Source: Candidatus Kerfeldbacteria bacterium (GTDB lineage Bacteria; Patescibacteriota; Patescibacteriia; SBBC01). From it: 64,000 nt of DNA. Below the pieces are notes generated by a model that was given only the letters and a program-made list of their open reading frames with translations, was not told the DNA's origin and searched no databases. The stretch spans positions 10,716 through 74,715 of the forward strand of contig JAZDNT010000002.1 of NCBI GenBank assembly GCA_043799405.1, in the 5' to 3' direction. The position numbers and the translations under genes were made by a program. Positions 1-9,103 of this stretch are shown piece by piece (the stretch's first letter is position 1; each line of letters starts with the position of its first letter).

Positions 1-101
1 GCTATCCCAGAGGAGGACATGAGGTTGTTTGGTTTTTCTGGATTTGAGTCAGTAACTAATAATCCGCGCGGCCCGGAAAGATCCGATTGAAGCATTGAGG
101 T

Positions 102-1013
102 ATGAGTAAGCGAAATATCATTATCATCGTGGTCGTGGCAATTGTGGTAATATTCAGTTTCGGATTTTTCTTTTTAACCAAGCTGCACATCAATCCAATA
201 ACTCGAACCATCAATCCCCGGGCATACGGACCGCTCTGCGGAGAAATTGTCGGGACTTGCAACGGCCTGACCGCCATTAATTGTAAGGCAGAAGTTGATG
301 GTCCGTATTATTATGTGAACACCAACACCGGCGCAGTGGTTGCGACGTGCGGCGGGGCGTGTAATCGTGCAGGCGGATGTCAGCCGGGAACGTGTCCGCC
401 GAAAGAATGGACGTGTGGAACGGATACGATCCGCAGCGATGGGAGTGAACAAGCCTGCGGCACAATTATTACCCCAAAACCGAACGTCATCGTTGCCTCT
501 GGCAGCGAGGTCGACGTACAAATCAATTATAAAGAAAATTCTTGGGACGTTGTTGAGCTTTCGAGCGATGAGGGGGGCGTGACAGCCGAAATCGATCCGC
601 AAACAGGAGTTGGAGTTCTTAAGATTCCGGCATCATCCAGCGGACCCATGCGTTTCTCCCTGATCGGCACGAGAGGAGGAGATGCTCTGTGCGAGAATGA
701 GCCAATCGAGCTTATTGTCCGTCCAACCGCGAAGATCACCGAACTTTTCGTTCTGCCAATCAGGATCACTTTGCGTGAAGGTGAAACGAAACAATTGCTC
801 GTAAGCGCGAAATTTGATGATGGGATAGATCGCGATGCCGGATCATCCGCGGTCGGGACGATATACAAGAGCGCAGATACATCTATCGCCACCGTTGATG
901 ACGCTGGCTTGGTCAGAGCACGGCGTCCGGGGATCACGACGATCAATGTCGCGAACGGGTCGATATATAAAAATATAACCACACAAGTCCTTAGCGCACA
1001 ATTAGCAGAATAA
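102..1013 (+). CDS. membrane-anchored surface protein with Cys-rich region and C-terminal bacterial Ig-like (Big_2-like) domain
   Basis: 303 aa ORF. It has an N-terminal hydrophobic helix (IIIIVVVAIVVIFSFGFFFL) and a Cys-rich segment. The C-terminal block (ITLREGETKQLLVSAKFDDG...TTINVANGSIY) resembles Big_2 Ig-like domains. Confidence 0.55.
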   Translation: MSKRNIIIIVVVAIVVIFSFGFFFLTKLHINPITRTINPRAYGPLCGEIVGTCNGLTAINCKAEVDGPYYYVNTNTGAVVATCGGACNRAGGCQPGTCPPKEWTCGTDTIRSDGSEQACGTIITPKPNVIVASGSEVDVQINYKENSWDVVELSSDEGGVTAEIDPQTGVGVLKIPASSSGPMRFSLIGTRGGDALCENEPIELIVRPTAKITELFVLPIRITLREGETKQLLVSAKFDDGIDRDAGSSAVGTIYKSADTSIATVDDAGLVRARRPGITTINVANGSIYKNITTQVLSAQLAE

Positions 1014-1061
1014 TCCAGTTATGGTGTTGCGACACGGGTGAAGTTTGAAATTAATATCTTC

Positions 1062-1169
1062 CCTCCCCTTAGAAAGGGGAGGTGTGGGACCTCCCCCGTG
1101 GCTCTCACTGCAGAGCGCTTAGGCGCTCTTTGTTCGAGCTCACTTCCCCTCCTTAGTAAAGGAGGGGAG
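1062..1169. terminator. three GC-rich hairpins in a convergent intergenic region, putative bidirectional terminators
   Basis: The hairpins are CCTCCCCTT-aga-AAGGGGAGG (1062-1082), GAGCGC-ttag-GCGCTC (1113-1128) and CTTCCCCTCCTT-agta-AAGGAGGGGAG (1143-1169). They lie between the convergent genes 102..1013(+) and 1233..1604(-). Confidence 0.5.
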
Positions 1170-1232
1170 CCATGGCGAAGAGGGCTCGGTCGGAACCGGG
1201 CCCTCTGGCTTTGTGCGTGGTGCATGTGAACG

Positions 1233-1604
1233 TCACGTCGTCTTGTCGGGTGCGCTGATGGCGGCGACGGCCTCGTTGACCGTCTCGTAGAAGTCGAAGA
1301 CCAGGACGAGCCTCGTGAGCTCGAAGATGTGCTTGATGCGCGCGTCGGCTGCCGCGAACACCATCTTGCCCCCGATCCTGCAGAAGCCGCTGTGCGCCGT
1401 GATGAAGGTGCCGAGACCGGCGCTGTTGATGTGCTTGATCCTCGAACAGTCGATAATGACCTTCGTCGTGCCGCCTCCGACGAGCGACTGGAGTTGGGCA
1501 TTGAGCCTGTCGAGATCTGCCTCGACCTCCTTGCCCTGCATGTCGGTGAGGTAGCCCTCGGGAGCGACCACAACGATGCCGTGGTCCAACACTGTCGTCT
1601 TCAT
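1233..1604 (-). CDS. STAS-domain anti-sigma factor antagonist (SpoIIAA-like)
   Basis: 123 aa protein. The motif ...KVIIDCSRIKHINSAGLGTFITAH... is typical of the STAS/anti-anti-sigma fold. Confidence 0.8.
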   Translation of the reverse strand: MKTTVLDHGIVVVAPEGYLTDMQGKEVEADLDRLNAQLQSLVGGGTTKVIIDCSRIKHINSAGLGTFITAHSGFCRIGGKMVFAAADARIKHIFELTRLVLVFDFYETVNEAVAAISAPDKTT

Positions 1605-1730
1605 GGTAGTAGAGCCCCCTTTCGGGATTGGGGTCTTTTCGCGTGACGATCATGGAAAGGACTTAGAACGGCAAGCCCTCCTCTTGCTGACCGCATCTTT
1701 CACCCTTCTCTGGCTGTTGTCAATAACGCA

Positions 1731-1771
1731 AGGAGGACCACGATCGTGATGTGTGACCGTGGTCCTCGCGC
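1731..1771. promoter_or_regulatory. 39-bp palindromic element (copy 1), probable operator or 5' regulatory hairpin upstream of the STAS gene
   Basis: Sequence GAGGACCACGATCGTGATGTGTGACCGTGGTCCTCGCGC. It has 8-bp inverted arms GGACCACG/CGTGGTCC and an internal palindrome CACGATCGTG. It lies about 130-165 bp upstream of the STAS start, immediately 5' of a TTGACA-17-AAAGAT promoter-like motif on the minus strand. Confidence 0.5.
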
Positions 1772-1789
1772 ATACAGGGCAGCCCTCCT

Positions 1790-2423
1790 TCAGCTTCGGG
1801 CCGGCGTTGCCTGATGGGCGCGTTCGAACGCACTCATCCACACCTCGGAGTCGGGGTCGGGGATCCCGCTCGCGAGCACGATGCCGGACGGTCCGGTGCC
1901 GTAGCTCAGGTACTTTGCGAGCTCCATCGTCCGGGCAGCGAGCGTCGCCCACGCCTTCGCGTGGAGCCAGCGGCGGTTCGGGCCGTTGAGCGTGTCTGTC
2001 TCGATCCAGCCGAGCACGCGCGGGAGGTCGTAGAGGTTGGTGACGACCGCGCGGTTGCCGATTGTCGCGCACATGACCATTGCCGCCCGTGCCGCATTCG
2101 CGAATACAGGCAGCCGGTCGCCGAGGTCCTCGCGGCGGACGATGTTCTCCACCGGCCGGAAGTCGACGACCACAAGGTCGATTGCGCGATCGGTCTCGCC
2201 GGGCGGGGAGATGAGGTTAATCTGCGCCTCCTCATTGAGGATGACGTCGTTGTGCCAGAGCTCATGCAGCGGGAGGTCCTGGATGTCAGGAACGCCCGCC
2301 TCGGACAGGAACTTCGAGGTACCCGATGTTGCGCGGACGACCCAGCCCTTCTTGACGAGTGCCCGCGCGAACTCGGCGAGCTCTCCGGTATGCTGATACG
2401 ACGAAAGCAGCGCGATTGGCATG
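1790..2423 (-). CDS. MGS-like / IMP cyclohydrolase-like domain protein (standalone homolog of the PurH N-terminal domain)
   Basis: The start is set at the ATG preceded by GGAGAGGAGG (MPIALLSSYQHTGELAEFARAL...). The segments ...SGTSKFLSEAGVP... and IDLVVVDFRPVE match the PurH MGS-like motif ...IDLVVVNLYPFE. The protein is about 210 aa and lacks the AICAR transformylase half. Confidence 0.6.
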
Positions 2424-2552
2424 GAGTGTGCCTCCTCTCCTTGGTGGACACGAGTTACGGAATGGCGATTGCGGAACGAGCATGAAAGATTCCAGCCCGT
2501 CCCTGGAACGGCTGCATCTTGGAATACCCGTACAGAAAAGTCAATGGACGCG

Positions 2553-2593
2553 AAGAGGACCACGATCGTGATGCATGACCGTGGTCCTCGCGC
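2553..2593. promoter_or_regulatory. 39-bp palindromic element (copy 2), same element as 1731-1771, upstream of the MGS-like gene
   Basis: Sequence GAGGACCACGATCGTGATGCATGACCGTGGTCCTCGCGC, 37 of 39 nt identical to copy 1. It sits about 130-170 bp upstream of the 2423 start codon, followed on the minus strand by TTGACT-17-CAAGAT. Confidence 0.5.
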
Positions 2594-2644
2594 TTGTTGA
2601 GAGCGCTCTTTCCTTACAGAGCGATTGTTGTCGTTGAACTGCGC

Positions 2645-3250
2645 CTACTTCTGCTGGCAAACCTGGAGTGCGCCGGGACCGACCACCGTCTGCGACTCAC
2701 CCGGCTTGAAGGTGTTCGGGGTATCCATCTGGATCCTCAGCAGGTACGTCCCCGGGGGCAGGTTCGAGATGCGGATCGTCCTCGGCAGCGTGCCGTTGAA
2801 GCCGGCAGGGTCGGGAATCCCCGGGTAGCCGGAGTCGTCGGAGATCATCGGGGTCACGTCCAGCTGATTGGCGACGTTGATCAGGAGGCCGACGAGTACT
2901 TGGTTATTTTTGGACTTGCCCTCCGTGTAGCTGACAGTGAACGTGTAGCTGACGTTGTTGACCGGATTCGCCACCGTGAACTGGACGGCATCCACGTGGC
3001 TCTGCGCCTCGTGGATCTTGTCGCCCTTGCCCGGGAGCGAATAGCAGGCCATGGAAGTGTCCTTCGGGCACGTCTTGCAGGTGTCGGGCGGACACGTCGG
3101 GCACGTGTCCGGGGGGCAGGTGTAACAGGTATCGCGGTCTGTCGGGAACGGCGCAGTGGGGCTGTGCTTTCCCCAGCTTCCGCACCCGGCGACGGCGACG
3201 AGCAGTCCGACCGCGAACGCGAGGACTGCGATTCGTGAACGGCTGTTCAT
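2645..3250 (-). CDS. lipoprotein with Cys/Pro/Thr-rich repeats
   Basis: The start at the ATG after GAGGAGG gives MNSRSRIAVLAFAVGLLVAVAGC, a signal peptide with a lipobox Cys. This is followed by repeated CPPDTCPTCPPDTCKTCPKDT. The longer ORF in the track (to 3370) is an upstream in-frame extension. Confidence 0.55.
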   Translation of the reverse strand: MNSRSRIAVLAFAVGLLVAVAGCGSWGKHSPTAPFPTDRDTCYTCPPDTCPTCPPDTCKTCPKDTSMACYSLPGKGDKIHEAQSHVDAVQFTVANPVNNVSYTFTVSYTEGKSKNNQVLVGLLINVANQLDVTPMISDDSGYPGIPDPAGFNGTLPRTIRISNLPPGTYLLRIQMDTPNTFKPGESQTVVGPGALQVCQQK

Positions 3251-3275
3251 GATGGTGCCTCCTCTTGTCCGAAGG

Positions 3276-4313
3276 TCAGAACGAGACGCAGACGCGGCCG
3301 CCGAACGTGACGCCCGGAACGTTCGCGTTGCGTACGTCGTCGTCGAGGTGGAAGATGCCGGCGCCAGCATGGAGCTTGAAGTGGATCGCCCACTTCACTT
3401 GCTTCGGGTCCTTCTTGTCCTTGAAGTTGATTGCGCCGCCGACGCCCGGACCGACGACAAGCCCGATTGCTCGGGACTCATAGTGGTCCGTCGTATCGAG
3501 ACGCCAGCCGCCCTTCGTTTCGATGATGCCGAATAGGCCATCGTCGTCGCCGAACTGCAGGCCGCCGCCTAGAACTGCGTGGTCCGGCCAGTCGAAGATG
3601 CGCCCTTCATAGCCGAACGCTGCGATGGCGCCGATGCGCGTCTTGAGGACCACCTCCAGGCCGATGACCGGCGCACCGTAGCCGCCATGCTCGAGCGCAA
3701 CGTGCTCGTAGCCCACGAACGGCTGGATCCGGTCGAACGCGATGCCCTCGACCTTCTGGATGTCGGTTGTGGTGTCGTGGTACGTAGCCGGGAGCGAAGT
3801 CTCGGTTGCCGGGTACTCGTAGAACACGAGCAGGACCCCGGGGCGGAAGTTGCGGATCGTTCCGTTGTATGGTTCCTCAACCTCGAGGTCAACCGTATCC
3901 GCGAGCATGTCGGCACGCGGCGGACCAAGGAGCGCGTTGTAGAACTCGCTCATGATCGCCGCCGACCGTTTCGGATCATAGTGCCGCGGACTGCTGCAGC
4001 CGATGGGCATGACGCCCTGGCCGCAGAGCACGTCCACGTCGCAGAACGACCGCGCGCTGTCGATCGCCGCAGGCGAAAGACGAACGACGTCGCCGGTGTC
4101 AGGGAAGTCCCCGACGTAGAGAAGCTCCCGGACGGACACGCCCTTGTGCCGCGAGCGCAGCATGCGCATTGCGTCGTATACGACCCACGACGGCAGCTGA
4201 TCGCCGCGAATGATGACCGTCTTCGACGGTGCCTGCGCCTTTGCGAGAGCATCGGTCGACAGCGCGACCGAACCCACGCAGCACATCAGCAGCAACAGCA
4301 TGATTCTCCTCAT
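3276..4313 (-). CDS. secreted protein of unknown function (signal peptide; C-terminal Gly-rich beta-rich region ending in Phe)
   Basis: 345 aa protein. The N-terminal MRRIMLLLLMCCVGSVALSTDALA looks like a signal peptide, and the C-terminus is ...GVTFGGRVCVSF. No recognisable catalytic motifs. Confidence 0.5.
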   Translation of the reverse strand: MRRIMLLLLMCCVGSVALSTDALAKAQAPSKTVIIRGDQLPSWVVYDAMRMLRSRHKGVSVRELLYVGDFPDTGDVVRLSPAAIDSARSFCDVDVLCGQGVMPIGCSSPRHYDPKRSAAIMSEFYNALLGPPRADMLADTVDLEVEEPYNGTIRNFRPGVLLVFYEYPATETSLPATYHDTTTDIQKVEGIAFDRIQPFVGYEHVALEHGGYGAPVIGLEVVLKTRIGAIAAFGYEGRIFDWPDHAVLGGGLQFGDDDGLFGIIETKGGWRLDTTDHYESRAIGLVVGPGVGGAINFKDKKDPKQVKWAIHFKLHAGAGIFHLDDDVRNANVPGVTFGGRVCVSF

Positions 4314-4600
4314 GGAAGCCTCCTTCTTGGGGGGACGTTCTCCGTGGTCAGTGACCTACAGCGGGTTCGGCAACACCTCCTCTCGGACGTGTGGCAAGGG
4401 TACCTGGGTTTAAGTATTCAGAACTTCGTTACACGAAGTAGTGTTTACAACGATCGGGATGTACTGCAACCGAACGCAACGCTCCCTACGAATGTACTCG
4501 TGGATGTTTACGAAGGTTGGTCGATGACTGTAGCGGATTGTTGTGTTTTCGTCAAGGTCCCGCACGGCAGTGCGGGAACGTATGAGAAATGTCGGCTTGG

Positions 4601-5182
4601 TTACCTGTTCGTCGAGGGCAGGACTTGAGCCAAAGGAGCTGCAGACGCGATCTCGACCTCGGTAAGCGCATTCAGCCCGTCGATCCACTTCGTCGTATCA
4701 ACTGTAGCCGACGCGGTCAGGGTAAAGTAATTGTTGAGGTCTGCTATCTCTCGGCCGGATTTTTCCGCTTCGGTGCGGAGGTCATCGATCTTCTTTTCCT
4801 GTTCGATTGACGCCGAAGGCGCAAACCACTTTCCTCCGGCCTTCTTGATCGTATTCATGATAGAGGCAGCCTCGTTTGATTGCAGTTCAGTGCCTGTGCG
4901 GCTGATGGGGTATCCGTTCGGACCAATCCTGAGATCGAGGTCGTCCATGAATTTTACGCTTACGGCGTGCGGGTCGTAGCCTGTTGGTATCGTTGCGTGC
5001 GTAGGTTTTTCCGGAATCGTCCTCGGGACGAGTCCGCTGTTCACATTTAAGGTCTTACTGACGTCGGTGTTTTCTCTGACAACGTTCTCGCGGGCGGTCT
5101 GTTGCGCTGTTGCGATAAAGATCAGAACCAAGATAGCAATAGCGATGAGGATGAAGATGAGGATCTCGGTATGTCGTCGCAT
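4601..5182 (-). CDS. membrane-anchored hypothetical protein
   Basis: 193 aa protein with an N-terminal TM helix (ILIFILIAIAILVLIFIATA). No recognisable domain. Confidence 0.45.
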   Translation of the reverse strand: MRRHTEILIFILIAIAILVLIFIATAQQTARENVVRENTDVSKTLNVNSGLVPRTIPEKPTHATIPTGYDPHAVSVKFMDDLDLRIGPNGYPISRTGTELQSNEAASIMNTIKKAGGKWFAPSASIEQEKKIDDLRTEAEKSGREIADLNNYFTLTASATVDTTKWIDGLNALTEVEIASAAPLAQVLPSTNR

Positions 5183-5417
5183 AGTATCCTCCCAATTGGT
5201 GCCGGGGACCCGACTTCGCTCAGGCCTCGTCGGGTAGTAATTGGTTAGGTCAATATTTTCTGACTGGTGCCGAGGAGACCCCGTACCAGTGTTCGCATAC
5301 GCTCACACGGTACGGGACAAGGGATTCGTTTTGGAGTGGTGCCGCCGGTTCCCGTCATTCCCTGATGTAATCGGGGACGTGATAGACTCCGTCGAACCAA
5401 CGAAATACTTTTTTGAA

Positions 5418-5502
5418 TGGTGGGCGGGGAGAGATTCGAACTCTCAATCCTTTCGGAACATGCTCCTAAGGCATGCGCGTATTCCAGTTCCGCCACCCGC
5501 CC
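5418..5502 (-). tRNA. tRNA-Leu (anticodon TAG), type II with long variable arm, CCA encoded
   Basis: The reverse complement reads GGGCGGG-TG-GCGGAACTGGAATACGCGC-ATGCC-TTAGGAG-CATG-TTCCGAAAGGATTG-AGAGTTCGAATCTCT-CCCGCCC-A-CCA. The acceptor, anticodon and T arms pair cleanly. Confidence 0.85.
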
Positions 5503-5695
5503 AGATATATAAGTTAGCGCGTACGCCCCGCATATGTCGAGCGCAGCGAGACGTTATGCGGGTATTCCAGCGATAGTCCCGCACCCGAAGTGTAACGAGT
5601 GGTGCGGGATTCCGCCACCTCGGCAGGACGTATGATTCTGCACCCATTGTACCCGTCTGTCAAAGGTTTTGGAAGTTGGTGTAGAATAGGGGTAT

Positions 5696-6376
5696 ATGTT
5701 CCTCGACCGATTGCATGAAGTATCACCGCCCCCCGTCGATCCCCTTGTCCTGCACCGCCGGCACCGCAGAAAGCGGAAGGCAAAGCAGTGGGGCAGCGTT
5801 CTTCTCGTGCTCGGGATCGCCGGCGCATTTGTGTGGTGGTACTTTGGCACTGGTGGAAGCGTCGTTGATTCCGTCAGTATAGAAAATAGCCGTATGACAT
5901 TGCAAGAAAACGAGAACGTCAATTCAGGGGAGACATCCCTGTCGAGCGCTGATACTGATAACGACGGATTTTCCGATGAACTTGAGATGCTCTACGGAAC
6001 CGATCCTGATAAAGCCGATACTGATAGCGATGGTTTCGACGATAGCATGGAGGTTGAGAACGGGTACAACCCCTTGAATCCCGGAAAGGGCATTCGCATG
6101 GTAGACCTCGCCCTTGTTTCTACGCTTGCGAAAGGGGATGCTGATACGACGATCGTAAGTTCCGGGCAGTCGGCCGGCGACTCTGAGCGTTACTACGCTC
6201 TGTTCGACGGAACGTCTATGACGTACTATGCAGCGGACGGAACAGTGAAAGCGCAGTGCCCGCTGAACGAAGAACCGAAGGAGACCTGTTCTACGTTGCC
6301 CAACGAGGTACGCACGGATTTTTCACGCACGTATGAAGGAACGAGTTTCACGGACGAGTACCACGTGCCATTTTAA
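5696..6376 (+). CDS. membrane-anchored protein with thrombospondin-type-3-like calcium-binding repeats
   Basis: 226 aa protein with a TM helix (VLLVLGIAGAFVWWYF). It carries DTDNDGFSDELEMLYGTDPDKADTDSDGFDDSMEVENGYNPLNPG, a DxDxDG Ca-binding module. Confidence 0.6.
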   Translation: MFLDRLHEVSPPPVDPLVLHRRHRRKRKAKQWGSVLLVLGIAGAFVWWYFGTGGSVVDSVSIENSRMTLQENENVNSGETSLSSADTDNDGFSDELEMLYGTDPDKADTDSDGFDDSMEVENGYNPLNPGKGIRMVDLALVSTLAKGDADTTIVSSGQSAGDSERYYALFDGTSMTYYAADGTVKAQCPLNEEPKETCSTLPNEVRTDFSRTYEGTSFTDEYHVPF

Positions 6377-6389
6377 CTACCTTTGGATC

Positions 6390-6689
6390 ATGGCAGAACG
6401 AGAACAGAAAGATTCCTCGGTCGGAGATCAACATAGAGAAGCCACACGAACCGAGCTCGAACAGGAGATCGGGAACACGTCGCTCGAGGATTGTCGCGAT
6501 CGTTTTGCGGCGCTCGCTCTTTCAAGGGAAAGGATTACTGAGGAATGGTCCGCGTTTTTGCAGTCTCCGCTATCAAGGGAAAGGAGCGAGGAGGCTGACG
6601 CGAGGCGTCGGGGGATCATATCCCGGATGGATGCGGTACAAACAACGCACGATCTTCTTGAAAGGAGAATACGCGAACTCCAAGCTTGA
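6390..6689 (+). CDS. hypothetical small charged (coiled-coil-like) protein
   Basis: The start is taken at the internal ATG (MAEREQKD...) of track ORF 6333..6689, to avoid overlap with the upstream gene. Charged low-complexity sequence and weak RBS, so the call is tentative. Confidence 0.3.
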   Translation: MAEREQKDSSVGDQHREATRTELEQEIGNTSLEDCRDRFAALALSRERITEEWSAFLQSPLSRERSEEADARRRGIISRMDAVQTTHDLLERRIRELQA

Positions 6690-6790
6690 CAGCGCGTATA
6701 TCCATGGTAGGGTTGTTGTAGATATCGGTGGCGCGTAACCCCGCACCACGCACTTTCGTTTGGATGCGGGGCTAACGGGAGCCACCGAGT

Positions 6791-9088
6791 ATGTTATTAA
6801 GAAAATTCGGGTGTTTCATAGCGGTGGTGGCGCTCGTGCTTCCAGCGGGTTTGCCGTTAACGCTGCAGGCGGAAAGCGCGCAAACGGTCGTCATAAACGA
6901 ACTCTTATGGATGGGCTCGCCCGCGTCGTCCGCAGACGAGTGGATCGAGCTTCGGAACATGACCGACGCCGTCGTCGATATTGGCGGGTGGCGGTTGACG
7001 CGGCTGTCGTCGGGCAGCGAGGCGGCGATGGTGACCGTGCCGGCAGGAAAGTCCATTGCAGCCCGCGGATTATTCCTCATCTCGAACTTCGGTTCGGATT
7101 CGGCGAGCACCGCGCTCGCGGTTGCTCCTGACGTCGTCGATAGCGCGGTCTCGCTCCTGAACTCGGGGTTGCAGATCAAGCTGTACGATGCAGCGGGGAA
7201 TATGATCGATGTCGCTGATGATGGAACGGGAACGCCGCTCGCGGGAACGTACGAATCCGGCAAGACGTATGCGTCGATGGCGAGGAACGGCTTGCCTGGC
7301 GATGGCACGAAGCAGGGCTCATGGCACGCGTCGGCAATTGCCGTGGGTTTCAAGCAGGGGACGATCCCATTGGGAACGCCGGGCAGCGCGAACGACAATG
7401 TTCCACCGACGGTCTCCGCTGTGCCTGATCAGACAGCGACCGTCGGAAGCCAGCTTACCTTCGATGCATCCGATGCCATTGATGTCGACGGTGATGCACT
7501 GACGTACGCATGGAATTTCGGCGACGGCGCCACAGGCGACGTTGCTACACCAGTCCATGCGTACACAGCAGCGGGAACGTTCCACGGTTCGTTGTCGGTA
7601 TCGGACGGAAAGATCCTGACTGTCATGACATTCACGGTCACTGTGACCACGGTTCTAGCAACGGCTCCTGTGAGCGGACCTTCGGCAACGACGGATAAAG
7701 CGGTTGCTGGTGCGCCATCGACCGGAACCGCGCTCATAACTGAGTTGTTGCCGAATCCGGACGCGACGCAGAGCGAATTCATCGAGCTGCATGCTCCCGA
7801 TGCGGACGTTGACGTGTCAGAGTGGACGCTCTCTGACAATGGCGGGACAGTGTACTCAGTACCGAAGGGCTCTATAGTTACGCGCAGTTCGTTCCTGGTG
7901 ATCGACCGTACGAAGAGCAGGATCGCGCTGAACAACGACGGCGATGGCGTTACACTGAAGCGTCCTGACGGTACTGTCGCGGACGAAGTGACGTACGGCG
8001 CAGCCGAGAAAGGCTCGTCGTATGCACGGGACGGGAAGACGTGGGTGTGGACCATCGTGCCGACGCCCGGCGTTGCGAACGTCTTCAGGAAACTGAACCA
8101 CGCGCCGAAGGCCGCTTTCAGCTGCGCATCGCGAAAACGCGTCAATGAGCGGGTCGAGTGTACAGCAACGGATTCGAACGATCCTGACGGTGACGTACTT
8201 ACGTTCACGTGGGATTTCGGTGACGGCGTTACACGAAAAGGAGCGGTTGTTCAGCATCAGTTCAAAACCGACGGCGTCTTTACGGTGCGGCTGTCTGTTA
8301 GCGATACCGGAGGATTGACCGATATCGAGGAAAAGCAGGTGACGATCAGGCCTGCGCTAACCGGAGCAAAAAAGCCCCAGGTCAAAGGCGCATCGGTCGT
8401 AACGTCAGTGAAAGACATTAAAGAGGCCGCAACGAACACGATCGTCAAAATATCGGGGTGGGTGAGCGCTGCCCCGAACTTACTCGGCGACGGAGTGATG
8501 TACGTGACCGATGGGGCGGTTGGTATTGCGGTCAGGTCGGCTGGGGCACTTCCGAAGCTTGCGGTAGGTGATGCGGTCACCGTCACCGGCGAACGGCGAA
8601 CAAAGAGCGGCGAAGCATACGTTTACGTTACGGATAAGAACGGCATTATGGTAAAGGGCGGAACAAAGGCAATAATTCCAGCAGCGATTGCCGCGAACTC
8701 TATCGATGCTGATTCGGTCGGATCGTTCGTTGTCCTGACCGGAGACATCGTCGGTGTGAGCGGCAGCAAAATAACGTTCGACGACGGAACAGGCGAGGTC
8801 GCCGTATATATCCGCGTAACGACCGGCATAAAGAAGCCCGCGCTTCACGTCGGCGACCGCGTGACCGTCGCGGGAATTATCGGTATGACGTCCGGCGGGA
8901 TCCGTTTGCTTCCGCGGGTATCGGAGGACATGAGCCAAATCAGCGCGGCGGTCCAGCCACAACAGAATCCTATCGTTGTACAGTCGGTACGAAAACCATC
9001 TGCATGGACGTATGCAGCGGTTGTTGCAGCGCTCGCGATCGGTATCGGTGTAGGTTTTTTGCGAAAACAGAAGACCGCCGCTGTGTAA
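6791..9088 (+). CDS. large cell-surface protein with two lamin-tail (LTD) domains, PKD domains and tandem OB-fold-like repeats, C-terminal TM anchor
   Basis: 765 aa protein with a signal peptide (MLLRKFGCFIAVVALVLPAGLPLTLQA). Two LTD motifs are present: VVINELLW...DEWIELRN...GGWRL and ALITELLPNP...EFIELHAP...SEWTL. PKD-like segments include LTYAWNFGDGATG and LTFTWDFGDGV. The C-terminus AWTYAAVVAALAIGIGVGFL is a TM helix. Confidence 0.8.
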   Translation: MLLRKFGCFIAVVALVLPAGLPLTLQAESAQTVVINELLWMGSPASSADEWIELRNMTDAVVDIGGWRLTRLSSGSEAAMVTVPAGKSIAARGLFLISNFGSDSASTALAVAPDVVDSAVSLLNSGLQIKLYDAAGNMIDVADDGTGTPLAGTYESGKTYASMARNGLPGDGTKQGSWHASAIAVGFKQGTIPLGTPGSANDNVPPTVSAVPDQTATVGSQLTFDASDAIDVDGDALTYAWNFGDGATGDVATPVHAYTAAGTFHGSLSVSDGKILTVMTFTVTVTTVLATAPVSGPSATTDKAVAGAPSTGTALITELLPNPDATQSEFIELHAPDADVDVSEWTLSDNGGTVYSVPKGSIVTRSSFLVIDRTKSRIALNNDGDGVTLKRPDGTVADEVTYGAAEKGSSYARDGKTWVWTIVPTPGVANVFRKLNHAPKAAFSCASRKRVNERVECTATDSNDPDGDVLTFTWDFGDGVTRKGAVVQHQFKTDGVFTVRLSVSDTGGLTDIEEKQVTIRPALTGAKKPQVKGASVVTSVKDIKEAATNTIVKISGWVSAAPNLLGDGVMYVTDGAVGIAVRSAGALPKLAVGDAVTVTGERRTKSGEAYVYVTDKNGIMVKGGTKAIIPAAIAANSIDADSVGSFVVLTGDIVGVSGSKITFDDGTGEVAVYIRVTTGIKKPALHVGDRVTVAGIIGMTSGGIRLLPRVSEDMSQISAAVQPQQNPIVVQSVRKPSAWTYAAVVAALAIGIGVGFLRKQKTAAV

Positions 9089-9103
9089 CGCTGAGTGGGG
9101 TTT

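Noticed and set aside
2645-3370. Upstream in-frame extension of the lipoprotein ORF (track start 3370)
   Set aside because: The internal ATG at 3250 is preceded by GAGGAGG and yields a canonical signal peptide plus lipobox. The extension is Ser/Thr/Ala-rich and hydrophilic.
3276-4313. Calling the 345-aa secreted protein an outer-membrane beta-barrel
   Set aside because: Only the C-terminal Phe and Gly-rich alternating stretches support it. This is insufficient without amphipathic-strand analysis.
3579-4628. 349-aa plus-strand ORF
   Set aside because: It is antisense to the well-supported secreted-protein gene 3276..4313. Its Arg/Ala-rich composition is typical of a GC-rich antisense frame.
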